Under the pieces are notes generated by a model. That model searched no databases and was not told the origin of the DNA. It was given only the letters and a program-made list of their open reading frames with translations. Shown here in pieces: positions 12,551-26,127 of a DNA stretch of 64,000 nt. Each line of letters opens with the position of its first letter. Position 1 is the first letter of the stretch. This DNA is from Octopus bimaculoides (taxonomy: Eukaryota), in the NCBI RefSeq assembly GCF_001194135.2, contig NC_068983.1:145324165-145388164 (forward strand), written 5' to 3'. The translations under genes and the position numbers were made by a program.

Positions 12551-15500
12551 TATTTCCCACACGATATATACATATACACACACACATACATACTTGCATG
12601 CACATATATATATCATCAGTTATTTAACATGCTAGCATGGTTGGACAGTTTGACAGGAGCTAGTAAGACTAGGGGCTCATATCAGGCTCCATTGTCGGTT
12701 CTGGCATGGCTTCTACAGCTGGTGGCCCTTCCTAACACCAACCACTTTACAGAGTGTACTGGGTGCACCAGCACAGTGCTTTTTATGTGACACTAGCACG
12801 AGTGTCGATTCTACTGTGGTGGACGGGTAGTCTTGGTCTTTTATCTCCATCATGAGGCTCAGTGTCTTGAGATTGGCCTTCCATGCATGCTATACACACA
12901 CACACACGCATATATAATTTATACATGTTTATACACTGAAATGTGCATACATTTCTATTCAGTATTCAGTTAGCTAACTGACTTCTTCATTCTCACAAAA
13001 TATTGACGTAGTGAATGTCAAAGCTTAGCCGTCAAGTCAACGACCTGTCAGTATAGCCTAGAAGTAGCTAATATCTTTAGATACACTGATGAGGAGGGAA
13101 ATTAAACAAGCTGGAAATAGGGCAAATTATATTTGTATTTATCGTTAAAAAAAAAAACACAAAAATAGTTAAAATGCTTTTCTGTAAAGAATATAAAGAA
13201 GCTTTGAAATATATTTGACAAAAGTCTCACATTGTGCCCAGAGTGGGAATTTATCATTTTTGGAAGTTTGCTCCAGATGTTCAAAATGCATATTTTCTGG
13301 TTCTCTAAACTTAAGAGATTACAAAGCCAAAAACCTGTGTTTAAAATAATGTATGGTTCAATTTTTTATAGCTCTTTAAAGTCGGCCAATTTAATAAAAT
13401 TTACATTTTGTTTTTTGTCTTTTTGTATCATAAGATTGAACATATTTTCTTTCAGAAAAAAAGTTTTTAACCTCAATTTGAACTTATTTAGAAACATTTT
13501 TTATTGTCTTTCAGTCAAACTACAGCCTAGAGTGCATAGGCCAACATAAATTTGAGAAAATAGTGGATGCATGAAAAATATCCAAATTTTTGGTAAAACT
13601 CCATCAAACATGATAATTTTTTTTAAATAACAAATTTTGACATATTAAGGGCTAACAAATTTCACATCCTCAATATTTTATGTAAACTGTGGGAAAAAAA
13701 ATCAGTTCAATGGGGTTGAAAGACCACACAGAAAGTATAATTCCAATTTGGGAACCAAACATCAAAACCAACCAAAATTGAGTAAAACTGGTAGTTATTG
13801 ACCCTCCCCACAACATGATTAAACAAGTATAAAAACAGGAAACATAAAATGGACTCAAAACCTAATAAATTTCTTGAAAGGATCTTAAATGCACTTCTTT
13901 TGGTATTTAGCCTATTTTATAGGGTAAAAATCTGATTATGAAGGTCAGACGGTCAGATTCAGGCTTGGAAGATTTTTGTCTTGCTTATGCCAAAATTGAA
14001 GAAGGGCCAAAACACGAAATAACAAAAAGAAAATATTCCCAACAAATCCCTGGATTGAAACTTTACCATAGTCTAACCCACCACTACCACCAAAAAGATA
14101 CAATGAAAACCGCCTACCCACCTATGATTCACAAAGAAAATCAGAATCATTTGTACTAAATTATGAAAACTGGTCACCTATTATTCACAAATACTGAAAC
14201 AAAAATGCCAAACAATGAATATGCATAACGTGGACCAGTCAGTAATATAGTGATTCAATTCTTGATTGTTCTCTGGTCAAAGACACATTCTTATGTTTTG
14301 AAGAACGAGCTGTTTGACCAACTTCACCACAAACAGAACAACTTGAGTTGGGATGTTTCAAAGCAATTGCTGGATGCAATATGATGGAGATTCTTCTGAA
14401 GATATCATGGATGTTATCCTTGATTGAAAGCTGATGACATCTTGTAGATAGTCATTTTTAACCACAAAACACCAAAAAGGCAATTTTGGTTGATATGCCC
14501 TGATTTGGTTATTTGAACCCACACCCCTATAAACAAAGAATAAACAAATAACTTTGGTTCCAGCTGATAGCCCTTAAAATTGTGGTTCAAACAAGCCCTC
14601 AACCACTATCAGGTGATTATTTTGATCCGAGATATGATTTTTATTTTCCTGAATTAGCCCATTTGAGCACAATGTGGTCTGTAGCTAAATGTCTCATGCA
14701 ATTATCATGGTCAGTGACCAATTATATCATCATCAGATTGAGAAGAAAATTATATCCAAACATCTTATTCCTGTTATGTATTACAGGCTCTGCTTATCTA
14801 AGAGGGTGGTCTACCACAAATAATCACATGTACACACACACACACACACATAGTAACAGCCACTTAGCACTTATTTGCATTAGTGTTGTCTTTTTTTTTT
14901 CTTGGAGACAACATTTTCAGCAGGTTAGCATTACATTATTATAACGATTAGCAGGGTTGCTGCAAATTCTACATTTTAACAGTTTTTAGTGTTACAGCTG
15001 TGGAATAAAGTTCAGCACCACCCATGTTTTGTAGTGTTTTTCAAGGATACATCCTTGTTATTATTGCTAACAACAGAATTTACTTACTTAATGTTGTTCA
15101 AATAAACAACAGTTTTATCCTTAACTGTCTACAAATTAGCAGTGTTTACTTTTGCAGATAATGTTGATAATGTGAGGTATTCAGCTTAATGTTGTATTTT
15201 GTCTGGTAATTACCTATTTTCAGGTAAATTGCATTTTTGTCCCAGTTGTATTTTCTTTTATTTGTTTCAGTCATTTGACTGTGGCCATGCTGGAGCACCT
15301 CCTTTAGTCAAACAAACTGACCCCAGGACTTATTCTTTGTAAGCCTAGTACTTATTCTATTGGTCTGTTTTGCCAAACTGCTAAGTTATGGAGACATAAA
15401 CACATCAACATCAGTTGTCAAGCGACTGTGGGGAGACAAACACACACACATATATTTGCTGGTTAATGATAATGTATCAGGTTACCCACCACTTCCATAA

Positions 15501-17849
15501 TCCAATGCATGGAATATATCATAGCTACAGTCTGACCCTTCTGTCCTATTTTGCAGTACTATTTATCAACTAAATTAATAGTAAGTATGCCCAAGTACTC
15601 AAATTTAAAGTTCATAAGACCTGTTTAATAAATTTTAAATATTAAACCTTAATAAAATTTGAGTTCTAATTTCATCATCATAACTTTAGACCACAATGTG
15701 TAACATCACATTTTGTGAGGCTATCTAAATTTATTAAGTACATGGAAAATGTAACATGTGTCTGGATTTTTCAATTATTTGACAACAGTTTATCACTTTA
15801 GTTTGTGCACATACCACTACTAGAAATATCAAGCTCGAACATCTATTTCAGCTATGTTTAGCATTGCATTTTTAACTATGTATTTTGAGCACTAATTGAG
15901 ATATTTATAGTTTTGCACACACATATAATACTATTTAAAATAATTATTTTCCATTTCGACTTCCTTCCAGCTGCACATGTCAAGCACAAAAGTTGAAATG
16001 GCTCTAACCAGAGAACTAAACCACACAACCATTCAAATCACCTACTCCCATTTACTATCTTCATTAGAATAACATTTCAATAAATTCCAAGAATTGTTTG
16101 TATTTGAACTTACAAGGGACTATATCATACTAGTCTTATATTTGAGCATGATACCACCATCACATCAGTCAACAATGGAGATTCTACACAGTAACTAAAA
16201 TTAATGTAAACAAAAGCCAAATTTCCAAAATATACACAGTGACTAATACTGAGCATTTTGCACAAACTCAGACTGGTAAAAACAGATGCAAGCCTCTAGG
16301 CAGTTACTCAAACTGTTGGAAATAGCAGCCAAAATCCCCTCAAATCCTACATACTACAGCCTTCAAAAAGGAAGGACACCTGGCACAATGTAGTCCCTAG
16401 TATACAGTGACAGGACAGTCATAACCTGAATATCTACCATCGATCTACTTGATCAGAGCTAACTTGATGCTCACCTACAACAAAGGGTACCTGTATGGAG
16501 AAAAGCAATATGCTACAACTGACAAAGCTCCCTTAAATAATACCATAGAGCTTAAAAAGAGAAGAATACATTAAAGAATATAGTTCCTGATATACAAGTA
16601 GTACAAAAAGATAAATGGTCATGATTGGAAAACTTTCGCCATGGGTGTACTGAAACTAGAAATAATTAGCCAAATCTCCCAGGAAGAAAATGCTGGACAA
16701 TGTAGTCCTTCATATACAAAACATGACAGGGTGATCACATCTGAAGTGCCTTTTATCATAGGTCAGTTTCATCAAAGCAAACTTCAAGTTAAGCCAACAA
16801 TGGTGTCTACATAACATCTGATGAAAATAGCAACCAAATTTCCAAATCACACACAGTAACACCGGATTTTCATTAAAGCTTGCATTCATAGGCAAAACAG
16901 CAATTTACATGAATACATATTAGCAAAAGCAGATTCCAGCCGTTGAGCAGTCACTAACCAGGGATTAAGAAACAACAATAATATATTTTTCATATTTAAA
17001 ATAATTCTTTACTGTCTCAATTTCCTTCTGTCTGTAAAACACATGTATAGAAGTTGAAATAACTCTACCCAGGGAACTAAACAACCATTTACTGCATACA
17101 CCAGAATAAAATATTTCAATGAATCACAAGTATTATTTATATTTTGCTTCCACAATACTGCTGGTACAATAAAATGAACGTAGTATTCTATAAAGTCACA
17201 CACAAAAAAAAAGACATCAGACAGAGAGGACTATTTAGTTATACTTAAAGTAAGGACATAACCTCTCTAGTGTAGATGCCATGATAAAGATGCAGCCAGT
17301 AAACTCTGTAAAGTGGATGATGTTAAGAAAAGCATCCAGCTGTAGAAACTATGCCAAAAGTACAAATGAGACACATATACACCAACAGATGCTCCCCACC
17401 TTCCACATCTATAGAACAAAACCCAAGAGTCAACTGTAAGATCTTCCCCTCTGCTTACTTATTGAAATTCATAACTTTGAGCAAACCACCTGCCTGCTGT
17501 AAACTATACTTTCCTGTAGCCATTCAGCCAACCAAAGAACACCCCACCTGTCTACTCTTTCCCTCACCTGTCTGCAAAACTTATGTGCAAGCTAAACAGC
17601 ATTACAGAGAAATGTGGGCAATATTGGATGAATGAAAGAACTGAGGTAACCAGAGTATGTATGTTCAACAGAATAATTACACTTTGTCATGAGCAACAAG
17701 ATCGGATCAGTTGTTTCTGCATAAGCATCACAATCGGTAGTGAAAGAGAAAAGGAACATTTCTACGAAATCATTTTGTAGACAGCCTCAAGAACAAATGA
17801 TCTCATAAAAATGGCCAGTGAATTTAATGGATTATGTTAGGCAACACCA

Positions 17850-19250
17850 TAATAGCTGCTCTGATATACATGAAACTATAGATATGATATGAGCAATGAG
17901 ATGGGATCAAGGCTCTTGGAGTTGTGATTAAATGACCCAACCATTTACATCACTGACTTCAGGATGCCAACCAGTTATCTGATCAGACTTCATATTCAGC
18001 AGAAAGGATAGGCAAATAGTTGTGAATACTAAATATTTCTCCTGTGAAAAATACATCATGCAACATACAGTAGTGATTATTGACTTCAAAGCAAAAGTTA
18101 GATGGACTAAGAGACAAGACATTCTGAAAAACGAAGGCATGGAAGTTGAAAGGTCTCTCTGTTAGACATAGGTTTAGAGAAATTTAAAAAGGCACAGACA
18201 TCAAGGAGAAAGAATAAGTGAAGACCTAAAACATAGAGGACAACTAAGAGTCGCTACAAAATAAATGGCTGCAAGTCACACCAGATCTGTAATTAGCATA
18301 TGGTACCAACTAGACAGAAAGTGACATGCTTCAGTAGACTGGCCAATAAAAGCTAAAAAAAAACAGGCTTGGAAAGACTGGAAGAAAGAGGAGAACAATA
18401 TCAAAGAGCTTAAAGAGAAGCTGAAACAAAGTTTATCAATGTTCTGCAATGAAAGGACCAGTAGTATTAGGTGTTACAGACTGCAAAACAGTGTGTCAGG
18501 ATAACTTAAGATGTCATTGGGAAAATGTGTTGTGGAATGACAGCAGTGAACTGAGCCTCACTAAAACAGAGAAGGAAGAGACTTGGAAAGAGGCTGATAA
18601 ATGTAGAGGTTGCATGGGAAGAATTAGATTATTTCAAGTGATTCCAACATTGACCAGCCATTCAAGTTGCAAACTGTTTGTTGAAAAGCATGATTAAGTA
18701 TGCATGTATCAAGGTGGGGAAATTAGCTGGATTAGTCAGTGAGACACTGAAATTATCTGACAATGTAGGATATGCATTAGTCACACGCATAGCTAATCAG
18801 GTTTTACAAGGAGGGTGTCATCATCAGCTGCTTCAAAGGGAAAAGAAACACTTCAAAATAAGTAACTACAGAAATATCAAACTGATGAACCAACTTATGT
18901 AAGTTACAATTGATTAGAAAGAAATTTAGCTCAGATGAATTGCAGCTTGAGTTTGTGCCAAGACAGGATACTAGCAATGATCTCTTCTTCATAAAATAGC
19001 TGCTGGAGAACTTCTTCCAAAAACAAGCCACTATAAGTAGCATTTATTGATTTGGAGATGGTCTTTGGTAGGGTGCAAAACTCTGCTGGCCACTGTGAAA
19101 ATTAAGTAAAAGTAATGGCTAGTAAGAGCCATGCAAACCATGTAAAGAAATACCATCAAGAAATAAGAACAGACAATGAATCCAGTGTGGAATTTAGTAT
19201 AGAGAAGTGTTCACCAGTGCTCAGTTCTCAGCCCCCTTTATACCAATGAT
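17850..19250 (+). mobile_element. Decayed RTE-clade LINE (endonuclease-RT region)
   Basis: SNYRNIKLMNQLM (~18860-18900) and AFIDLEMVFGRV (~19041-19076, degenerate AFVDLEKAFDRV). Many stops and frameshifts. Confidence 0.75.
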
Positions 19251-19705
19251 CTAGTTCTCATAATTAATTCTGTCAAAGATATACCCATTATAAACATATG
19301 TGAGTGTGTGTGTGTGTGTGTATGAAATATTTTATATATACACATCCTTTCCACACTCATGAACTTACCCTATCCAATCCTCTGTACTACTCATATTCAC
19401 TTCTATATAACTTTAGGGTGTGCCAGCACAAAGCCACCTCCCCCAACACTACACCCAACTTCATTTCAAGGGTGTTGTCTTGCAAGTTACTTGATGACCT
19501 CAATGGTGTCGGTGCCACGTAAAAAGCACCCAGTACACTGTAAAGTGGTTGGTATTAGGAAGAGCATCCCATCATAGAAACCATACCAATGCAGACATTG
19601 GAACTTGGAGCAGTCCTTTGGCTTGTCGGACCCTATCAAACCATGCAAACCACACCAGCAAGGGAAATGAATACTAAATGATATTATATGATATAGTATC
19701 ATTCA

Positions 19706-19753
<48 letters not shown>

Positions 19754-20428
19754 TCTTTTACTTGCTTCAGTCAAATGACTGCAGCCATGCTGGAGCACCG
19801 GCTTTTAGTTGAGCAAATCGACCCCAGGACTTATTCTTTGTAAGCCTAGTACTTATTCTATCAGTCTCTTTTGCCGAACCGCTAAGTTACGGGGACCTAA
19901 ACACACCAGCATCAGTTGTCAAGTGATGTTGGGGGAATAAACACAGACACACAAACACATAAATATACGACGAGCTTCCTTCAGTTTCCATCTACCAAAT
20001 CCACTCACAAGGCTTTGGTCGGCCCGAGGCTATAGTAGAAGATACTTGCCCAAGGTGCCATGCAGTGGGACTGNNNNNNNNNNNNNNNNNNNNNNNNNNN
20101 NNNNNNNNNNNNNNNNNNNNNNNNNNNNNNNNNNNNNNNNNNNNNNNNNNNNNNNNNNNNNNNNNNNNNNNNNNNNNNNNNNNNNNNNNNNNNNNNNNNN
20201 NNNNNNNNNNNNNNNNNNNNNNNNNNNNNNNNNNNNNNATATATACATATATCATCATTCAATGTCCGCCTACCATGTCGGCATGGATTGGATGGTCTGA
20301 CTAATTACTGACAAGATGGGAGACTGCACCAGGTTCCAATTTGATTTGGCAAGGTTTCTACAGCTGGATGCCCTTCCTAATGCCAACACTCCGAGATTGT
20401 AGTGGGTGCTTTTTACATGCCACCAGCA

Positions 20429-20470
<42 letters not shown>

Positions 20471-21103
20471 CCCTGAGCCAACCAAAGCCTTGTGAATGAA
20501 TTTAGATGAAAACTAAAAGAAGTTCATTGTGTGTGTCTCTCCTTATCTTGACATCATGTAATAGTTGAAAACAATTGTTACTGTCATTTATTTCCAACAT
20601 TCTGTGAGAACACGTCTGGCCAGGGATAAATGCTTGGAAACAGGTGAGGGTTGGCAACAGGAAGAGTATCCAGTCACAGAAAATCTGCCTCAATAAACTG
20701 GCTGGCCCATGAAAGCATGGAAAAATGGATGTTAGATACTGCTGCTGATGATGATTATATATATATATATATAACATCATTTAACATCCTTTTCTTTTCT
20801 TTTTTACTGGTAAGAGTCAAACAGTTTGACAGGACCTGACAAGCCAGATGACTGCACCAAGCTCAACTGTCAGCTCTGTATGGGTTTCTATGGCTGGATG
20901 CACTTCCTAATGCCAACCACTTCACAATGTACTAGGTGCATTTTTGGTGGTACCAATACCAGTGGGGTCACCAAGTAACTTTCAAGACAAAGAACAAAGA
21001 ATCCTCATCTGAGAAGGGGCATAGTATTGAGGGAGGTGGCTTTGTACCAGGTGATGAGAGGTTAATTATTATAGAGCAACTGAAACATGTCTTGCTACCC
21101 CAG

Positions 21104-21139
<36 letters not shown>

Positions 21140-22674
21140 TGGTAAAGATGTACAAGGGCATACGCTCAGGTACAAGGAGGTGAATGTAAGTGGAATGGTA
21201 CAGAGAATTGGAAAGGGACAGTGAGCAGGGAATTCATGAGAATGCATTGTATACGGCAGTAATTTTATTAATGAAAATATATATTTTATAAATCAAGTCA
21301 ACAAATCCATGTGTGTTGAAGCCACCAGTTTGACTAAGGTGTAATGAATGCAATAACTTTACCAATCAATTATTAATAGTATTCATAATTCTGTGAAAAA
21401 AGTACACTTATAAAATAATTATTTTTCTTTTTATGCCTTATAAATAATATGAATTCTTATGTGCGTGTATATATATGTATATATGTTTGTGTGTACTGGC
21501 TTTGAGATCTTTGTTGATCCCAAATTCTAAATAATCTAACGTTTAAGGTGTTACATAAACGTCAGTTTATGTTTGGTGCCCTCTGAATTTATTTACTGCG
21601 ACCTGGTACTAGAAATTTTACATCGCTATTGAAAGCCCTCGGCTTAATATGTCTGAACAGAACATTTCTGTTCCAGACAAATTTTGAAATATTAACTCGT
21701 TTTTCTAAGCTTCAATTTCTCCCATTCTCCTCTGTATCTGCAATTGCGGAGAGTGTGTCCTAGATATGTGAAATGTATCACTTTGTTCAACAAGTTTATT
21801 TTTAATATTGTCAGTGTTAGGGCCAATCCATTCAATTTCCGGGACATCAGCTTTAATAACCGAAAACCTTAGTTCGTTTTTCATTATCTTTGTTAGCCTG
21901 TGTCTTTCTCTTCAAGCCTTGTACAATCTGTAAATAACATCCGCAAAGACTAGTAGATCCTCTATCATATGCTCTAGTGCTCACCATATGTCTGTTGTTT
22001 TGGCCTGCGTAGTTTGACGCCTCACCCAGTTAATTGTCACTAAAATCACCTCAGCTCTACAATAAGTTAATAGAGTTCTGGAATAGCTATCGTTCGAAGT
22101 CTCATATAGTAAGAGAAAACGGGTGGATGTTAACGAAACATTGTCATGGGTCGTTTTCCTTTTGCATTTTTCAACATCCGTATTTCAAACAACGGAAATA
22201 ATGGTACCCCAAAATATTATTCCACTCATCTCATTGTCTTGCACCTCCAGCTTCTATAATCTTTTAATTTTTTTTCACGAAATATGGAACTTCGAAAGAC
22301 AACCATTCCAAAACTTCAGTGAAATTTTAGCAAATGCAGTAATAGATTGGTGTAAATACCGCGTATGCGCTTGAACATAAATATATATACATGTAGAGAG
22401 ACAGACAGAGGGTATATGAATGGGTGTGCGTGTATGTGTGTCGAGGGAGTGTACATTATGATAACGTGTGTCAAGAATATTTCGCACTAGAGTAAGAATC
22501 ATTGATTTCACACAAATATATAAATAAACTCTACTACATGAAATGACTATTCATTTTTTTTTTTCTCATTTCCAATTCGAAATGCGAGTGTATATACAAT
22601 TCCAGCCAATGTTTATCTACATATGCGTGTGTGTATAAATCGCGTAAAAAAAAGGTAAATAATTGTCTACTTAC

Positions 22675-22707
22675 ACTGGTCCCGATACTACCTATAATGC
22701 AGCCCAT
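22675..22707 (-). CDS. SERINC: Serine incorporator (SERINC/TMS1 family), coding exon 1: MGCIIGSIGTS
   Basis: Minus strand reads AGA ATG GGC TGC ATT ATA GGT AGT ATC GGG ACC AGT|GTAAGT. The phase-0 donor joins in frame to the phase-0 acceptor at 3248, giving MGCIIGSIGTSLACCCGSAAC..., a typical SERINC N-terminus. A promoter-motif cluster lies ~120-170 nt upstream. Confidence 0.88.
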
Positions 22708-22823
22708 TCTTTCGAATTATTGAATGTAACCGCGCAGTAGGAATTCTATCTTGTAGTGAAAGTTAGAAAAGATAAAGGTTTATGATACTAGAGACGAAAA
22801 TATCAACAATGGAAATTAATCGC

Positions 22824-22877
22824 CACTTCCTCAATATGGCGGCGATTTCTGTTTTTCCTCGAATACCGTGACGTCAC
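22824..22877. promoter_or_regulatory. Probable SERINC core promoter with ETS, YY1 and CRE motifs
   Basis: CACTTCCT (22824-22831), AATATGGCGGC (22833-22843) and the GTGACGTCAC palindrome (22868-22877) cluster just upstream of the SERINC ATG. Motif matches only. Confidence 0.55.
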
Positions 22878-24270
22878 AGTCACCTGACTTAAATCATGTG
22901 TTGCTGAGTTTGTTTATTGTTCGACACCAACTACTCAGTTGCAACTTTTATCCTGTCTCTCTCACTTCCTCCCTTTCGTTTTTCTTTTCTAACACTTCTC
23001 TTCTTCTCACTCTTTCTCACTATTCTTCTTCTCTCCTCTTCCTTCCTCTCTCCCATTTTCTATTTCTTCCATTTTCTCTCCTTTTTTTGTCCGTCCTTCT
23101 TCAATTGTTTCTCTAAATGAGTCTTTCTCTCTCCATTTTTCTCTTTCTCTGTGTCTCTCCCTTTCTTTCTCTTTCTTTCTCTCTCCTCTCTATCTCTCTC
23201 GCCCTGTCTCTCTCTTTCTATCATTCCTCTCTTTATATCCCTCTCTTTCATTTCGTTCTTAACTGCTTATTATTTCTTTCTTTCCCATTTCCAATTCTTT
23301 TTCTCTCTCAATCACAATTGCTTCTCTTATTATTTCGGTCTCTCTTTCCCCACTTTTCGCTCACCTCTCCCTTCTCAATTATTTTATGCGCCATTGTTCA
23401 TTACATTGTTGAGATAGTCAAATGCGATTTAATGAATCAAAAACACTCTTTGTTTTAATAAGTTGGCTTTAAGTGTGTGTGGGGGGATGTATGTGTGTGT
23501 GTGTACGTAGATAGATAGGATAGATAGATAGATGTTCTTATTTATATTCAAGGAATTATTTGATAATCTGCTATGCTCCAAGCATGTCAGCAACAAACAG
23601 GAAAAAAAAAGCTTGCGTTGTGTCATCCTAAAAGTCCCTAATAATGACAAACTCCAATTATCTGATTATTTTAATGCCAAGGTCAGCTCTGATTATGATA
23701 CACGGTTTAGTGTGATTGGCAGACACATCACAGACTGCGTTGGTTGTGTTATTGTTTCTATTATATTCTGTCTTATTGTAAGGAATTCAACCGCTCAGTA
23801 ACAAACTCAACGTTCAAGCTACCAAATATTCATAAAACAACTTAGATACATCGTCGGTCAAAGAACTGGCATTTAATCGAAAATGTTATAGAACGGATGT
23901 TCATGTCATTCATTCATTTCATTCGTTCATTCAATGCCATCTACTGGCTATCAGATCACTTTTTGTTGTGCAACAAGTCTATCACAATTCGCAACAGACG
24001 ACATGTTTAAGCTCTTAGGTAGTGCTGGATTAACCATTAAGCAAAATAAGCACATGCTTAGAGTATCAATGGAAAGTGTGGGGAGTCATAAAAATGGTAA
24101 ATGGTTTACGGCACAAGTGAATTCATTTTAAACTTGGTCAGTAATATTCGAAGTCGTTTGTATGATCGGAAATACAATTTCGAAGTGGAGATTTTTTTTC
24201 AGTAATATTATAAACATAGATAGGTTTTATTATTATTATTATTATTATTATAATTATTATTATTATTATT

Positions 24271-24306
<36 letters not shown>

Positions 24307-24517
24307 ATTTATTTATTTATTTATTTTTCCTCAGATTGCGGAATTTGTTGTGAAACATATAACATGAATTATAAAAATAAAAAAAAAATAAATATTAAAT
24401 TAGAAAAACGGACGAAGCAGAGAACATAATTGGAAAAATTACAAAGCAATAAACACAAAGCAGCAGGGAAAAAAAACAAAATTCACCACCTTGAAAATTT
24501 GGTGGTGNNNNNNNNNN

Positions 24518-25210
24518 AACGTCAGCACGCTTGTGGCGTTGCTGCGGGTGATGGCGAGGCTCATGCGCTGAACAACCAAGCGTCCTTACGAGCTTCACCA
24601 GTTACCTCAGCTAGGCGAGCTGCCAGTGAAGACAGGAATCTTGCAGTCAGTGGTCCGACCCCCACCAAACGTCTCGAACGTCACAGGATGGGAAAATGTA
24701 GTTGGCCGACAGATCACGGTACTTCAGGATTTTGTTCCGCTCAGCCGCAGAAGCTGTCGATCTCGCTCTGGCCACAGCATCCAGAATGTGAGAAAAAGTA
24801 AAGGAGTCGCTAACTGTGACATCCTAGACAAGCCATCTGCCTTTCGACCAGGAGCACAGGGCGAGGCCGTCAGGTCTTTTCTAGATGATTCCAAAATGGA
24901 GTGGATGTTTGCCTGGTCCAAGCTCCTCTTGAGAATAAGGTTTAATTCCGTATGACGCGCGAAGCGACCAGCGTTCAGGTGACAAGAAAGATCATGGTGA
25001 CCTGTGGAGTCGAAGAGCCTGACGCAACATCTCAAACCTATGCATACGTCAACTTCCACTCTGAGGGCAATGGAGACACGAAGTTCGTCCAAGCTGAATA
25101 GGCCACCAATGTTAGCCACAGGGATGGTATCAATCCAATCACCTGAGTATTTGGTGCTGGTCCGACTGGATGAAGTGAGAGTCGAAGGTAGCCTTCGAAA
25201 TTATGTTGTC
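24518..25210 (-). mobile_element. Decayed 3' part of a CRE-like non-LTR retrotransposon (Cys/His motif plus restriction-like endonuclease)
   Basis: Across frames: LRVSIALR...DSTGHHDLSCHLNAGRFARHTELNLILKRSLDQANIHSILE / KRPDGLALCSWSKGRWLV*DVTVSD / ARSTASAAERNKILKYRDLSANYIF. In-frame stop and frameshifts present. Confidence 0.8.
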
Positions 25211-25580
25211 ACGTGTCAGCGACGAGAGAGTCAAGGAGGTAGAGTGTGTGTGAGAGAGAGAGAGAGAGAGAGAGGAAACGGTGAAGGGAGAGAAGAATAG
25301 GGAAAGTGCGTGTGTATGTGTGTGTGTACCCCCATCATCGCTTGACAATTGATGTTGCTGTATTTACGTCCCCGTAACCCAGTTCGGCGAAAGACACCGA
25401 TTGAATAAATATTAGGCTTACAAAGAATAAGTCCTGGAGTCGATTTGTTCGACTAAAGACGATGTTCATACATGGCTGCAGTCGCATGATTGAAGCTAGT
25501 AAAACAATAAAAAAAACTATGCGATTTTAATTCCGAGCAACGCTAGTTATTTATATAAGAAATCTATAAATGTCATCATA

Positions 25581-25962
25581 TTGTTGGCACTCCGTCGCTT
25601 ACGACGTCGCGAGTTCCAGTTGATCCGATCAACAGAACAGCCTGCTCGTGAAATTAACGTGCAAGTGGCTGAGCACTCCACCGACACGTGTACTCTCAAT
25701 GTAGTTCTTGGGGATATTCAGCGTGACACAGTGTGACAAGGCTGACCCTTTGAAATTACAGGCACAACAGAAACAGGAAGAAAGAATGAGAGAAAGTTGT
25801 GGTGAAAGAGTACAGCAGGGTTCACCACCATCCTCTGCCGGAGCCTCGTGGAGCTTTAGGTGTTTTCGCTCAATAAAAACTCACAACGCCCAGTCTGGGA
25901 ATCGAAACCGCGATCCTATGACCGCGAGTCCGTTGCCCTAACCACTGGCCCAATGCGCCTCC
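25581..25962 (-). mobile_element. SINE family B copy
   Basis: Colinear with 35232-35623. Confidence 0.85.
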
Positions 25963-26097
25963 ACAAATGTCATCATATACAGCAAAATAACACCTCTTTG
26001 CAGATTCTTTCAAACCTTAACAACGGAAGAGGTGACCGAACAAAATTCTAATCTATTCTATGAAGTGGAATTGAATGGGCGGAAACAAAATATACAG

Positions 26098-26127
26098 CCC
26101 TAACCCTAACCCTAACCCTAACCCTAA
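26098..26127. repeat. Interstitial telomeric repeat (CCCTAA)5
   Basis: Five perfect units read directly. Confidence 0.95.

Noticed and set aside
14200-14760. Possible Tc1/IS630-like transposase remnant (FPELAHLSTMWSVAK)
   Set aside because: Only weak similarity to the PELNPIExxW motif; no TIRs or other catalytic motifs found.
22868-23458. Leu/Ser/Phe-rich ORFs upstream of SERINC (also 32736-33020)
   Set aside because: Translations of CT-rich polypyrimidine tracts.
25900-25962. tRNA-like sequences (also ~35560-35623, 41997-42090, 48690-48748, 61163-61230)
   Set aside because: A/B-box heads continue into SINE bodies and do not form complete cloverleafs; not tRNA genes.
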